Shown in pieces: positions 60,833 through 64,000 of a stretch of DNA of 64,000 nt. Below the pieces are notes generated by a model that was not told where the DNA came from, searched no databases, and saw only the letters and a program-made list of their open reading frames with translations. Source of the DNA: Dehalococcoidia bacterium. GTDB lineage: Bacteria; Chloroflexota; Dehalococcoidia; UBA2979. The stretch's first letter is position 1. Each line of letters opens with the position of its first letter. The stretch covers positions 130,924 through 194,923 of the forward strand of contig JAWKPM010000002.1 of assembly GCA_041390625.1 (NCBI GenBank), written 5' to 3'. A program made the position numbers and the translations under genes.

Positions 60833-64000
<3,168 letters not shown>

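Overview
High-GC (roughly 70% by eye) bacterial chromosomal segment. It is densely packed with housekeeping genes, many translationally coupled by ATGA, GTGA or TGATG overlaps.

Gene content, left to right:
- HEAT-repeat, NUDIX and GNAT genes.
- A minus-strand lipid-type cluster: DUF35 OB-fold protein, thiolase-fold protein, PHP phosphoesterase and two tandem MFE-2-like SDR paralogs.
- A complex I cluster nuoA-C-D-H-J-K-(62-aa ORF)-L-M-N with no nuoB, nuoI or nuoEFG.
- ybeY, a methyltransferase, an FmdB zinc-ribbon protein, an SDR, recO, recR (plus a coupled small membrane ORF) and dnaX.
- A DinB-family gene and a PspC-domain::polyprenyl diphosphate synthase fusion.
- tatD, GNAT, HAD and metG.
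- Two tandem small membrane paralogs, then an ArsR regulator with two SRPBCC genes.
- A guaB3-like gene and a frameshifted vanW.
- A hisS-prfA-prmC operon carrying two inserted unknown ORFs.
- rel, yifB/comM, an epoxide hydrolase, tRNA-Arg(CCG) and two cyclophilins.
- A c-di-GMP pair: a pseudo-receiver HD-GYP protein and a 1254-aa GAF/GGDEF protein.
- tRNA-Pro(UGG).
- A pyrimidine operon (carB, HAD, pyrK ... pyrD) split by an oppositely oriented mrp/apbC-NYN pair.

I saw no transposase, integrase, CRISPR array or recognisable defence system, so this is mostly core genome.

The most unusual signals are:
1. The nuo cluster lacking nuoB, nuoI and nuoEFG, with an embedded small soluble ORF.
2. Strong over-representation of TCGAGG / CATCGAGG. 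It extends to synonymous sites: X-Arg-Gly is repeatedly written NNT-CGA-GGN using otherwise rare codons.
3. CATCGAGG...CCTCGATG hairpins that bury the ybeY and pyrD start codons.
4. The PspC::polyprenyl synthase fusion.
5. The split pyrK/pyrD arrangement, with an Mrp homolog lacking CxxC coupled to a NYN RNase-like gene.

All functional calls come from motif recognition by eye. No database search was run.
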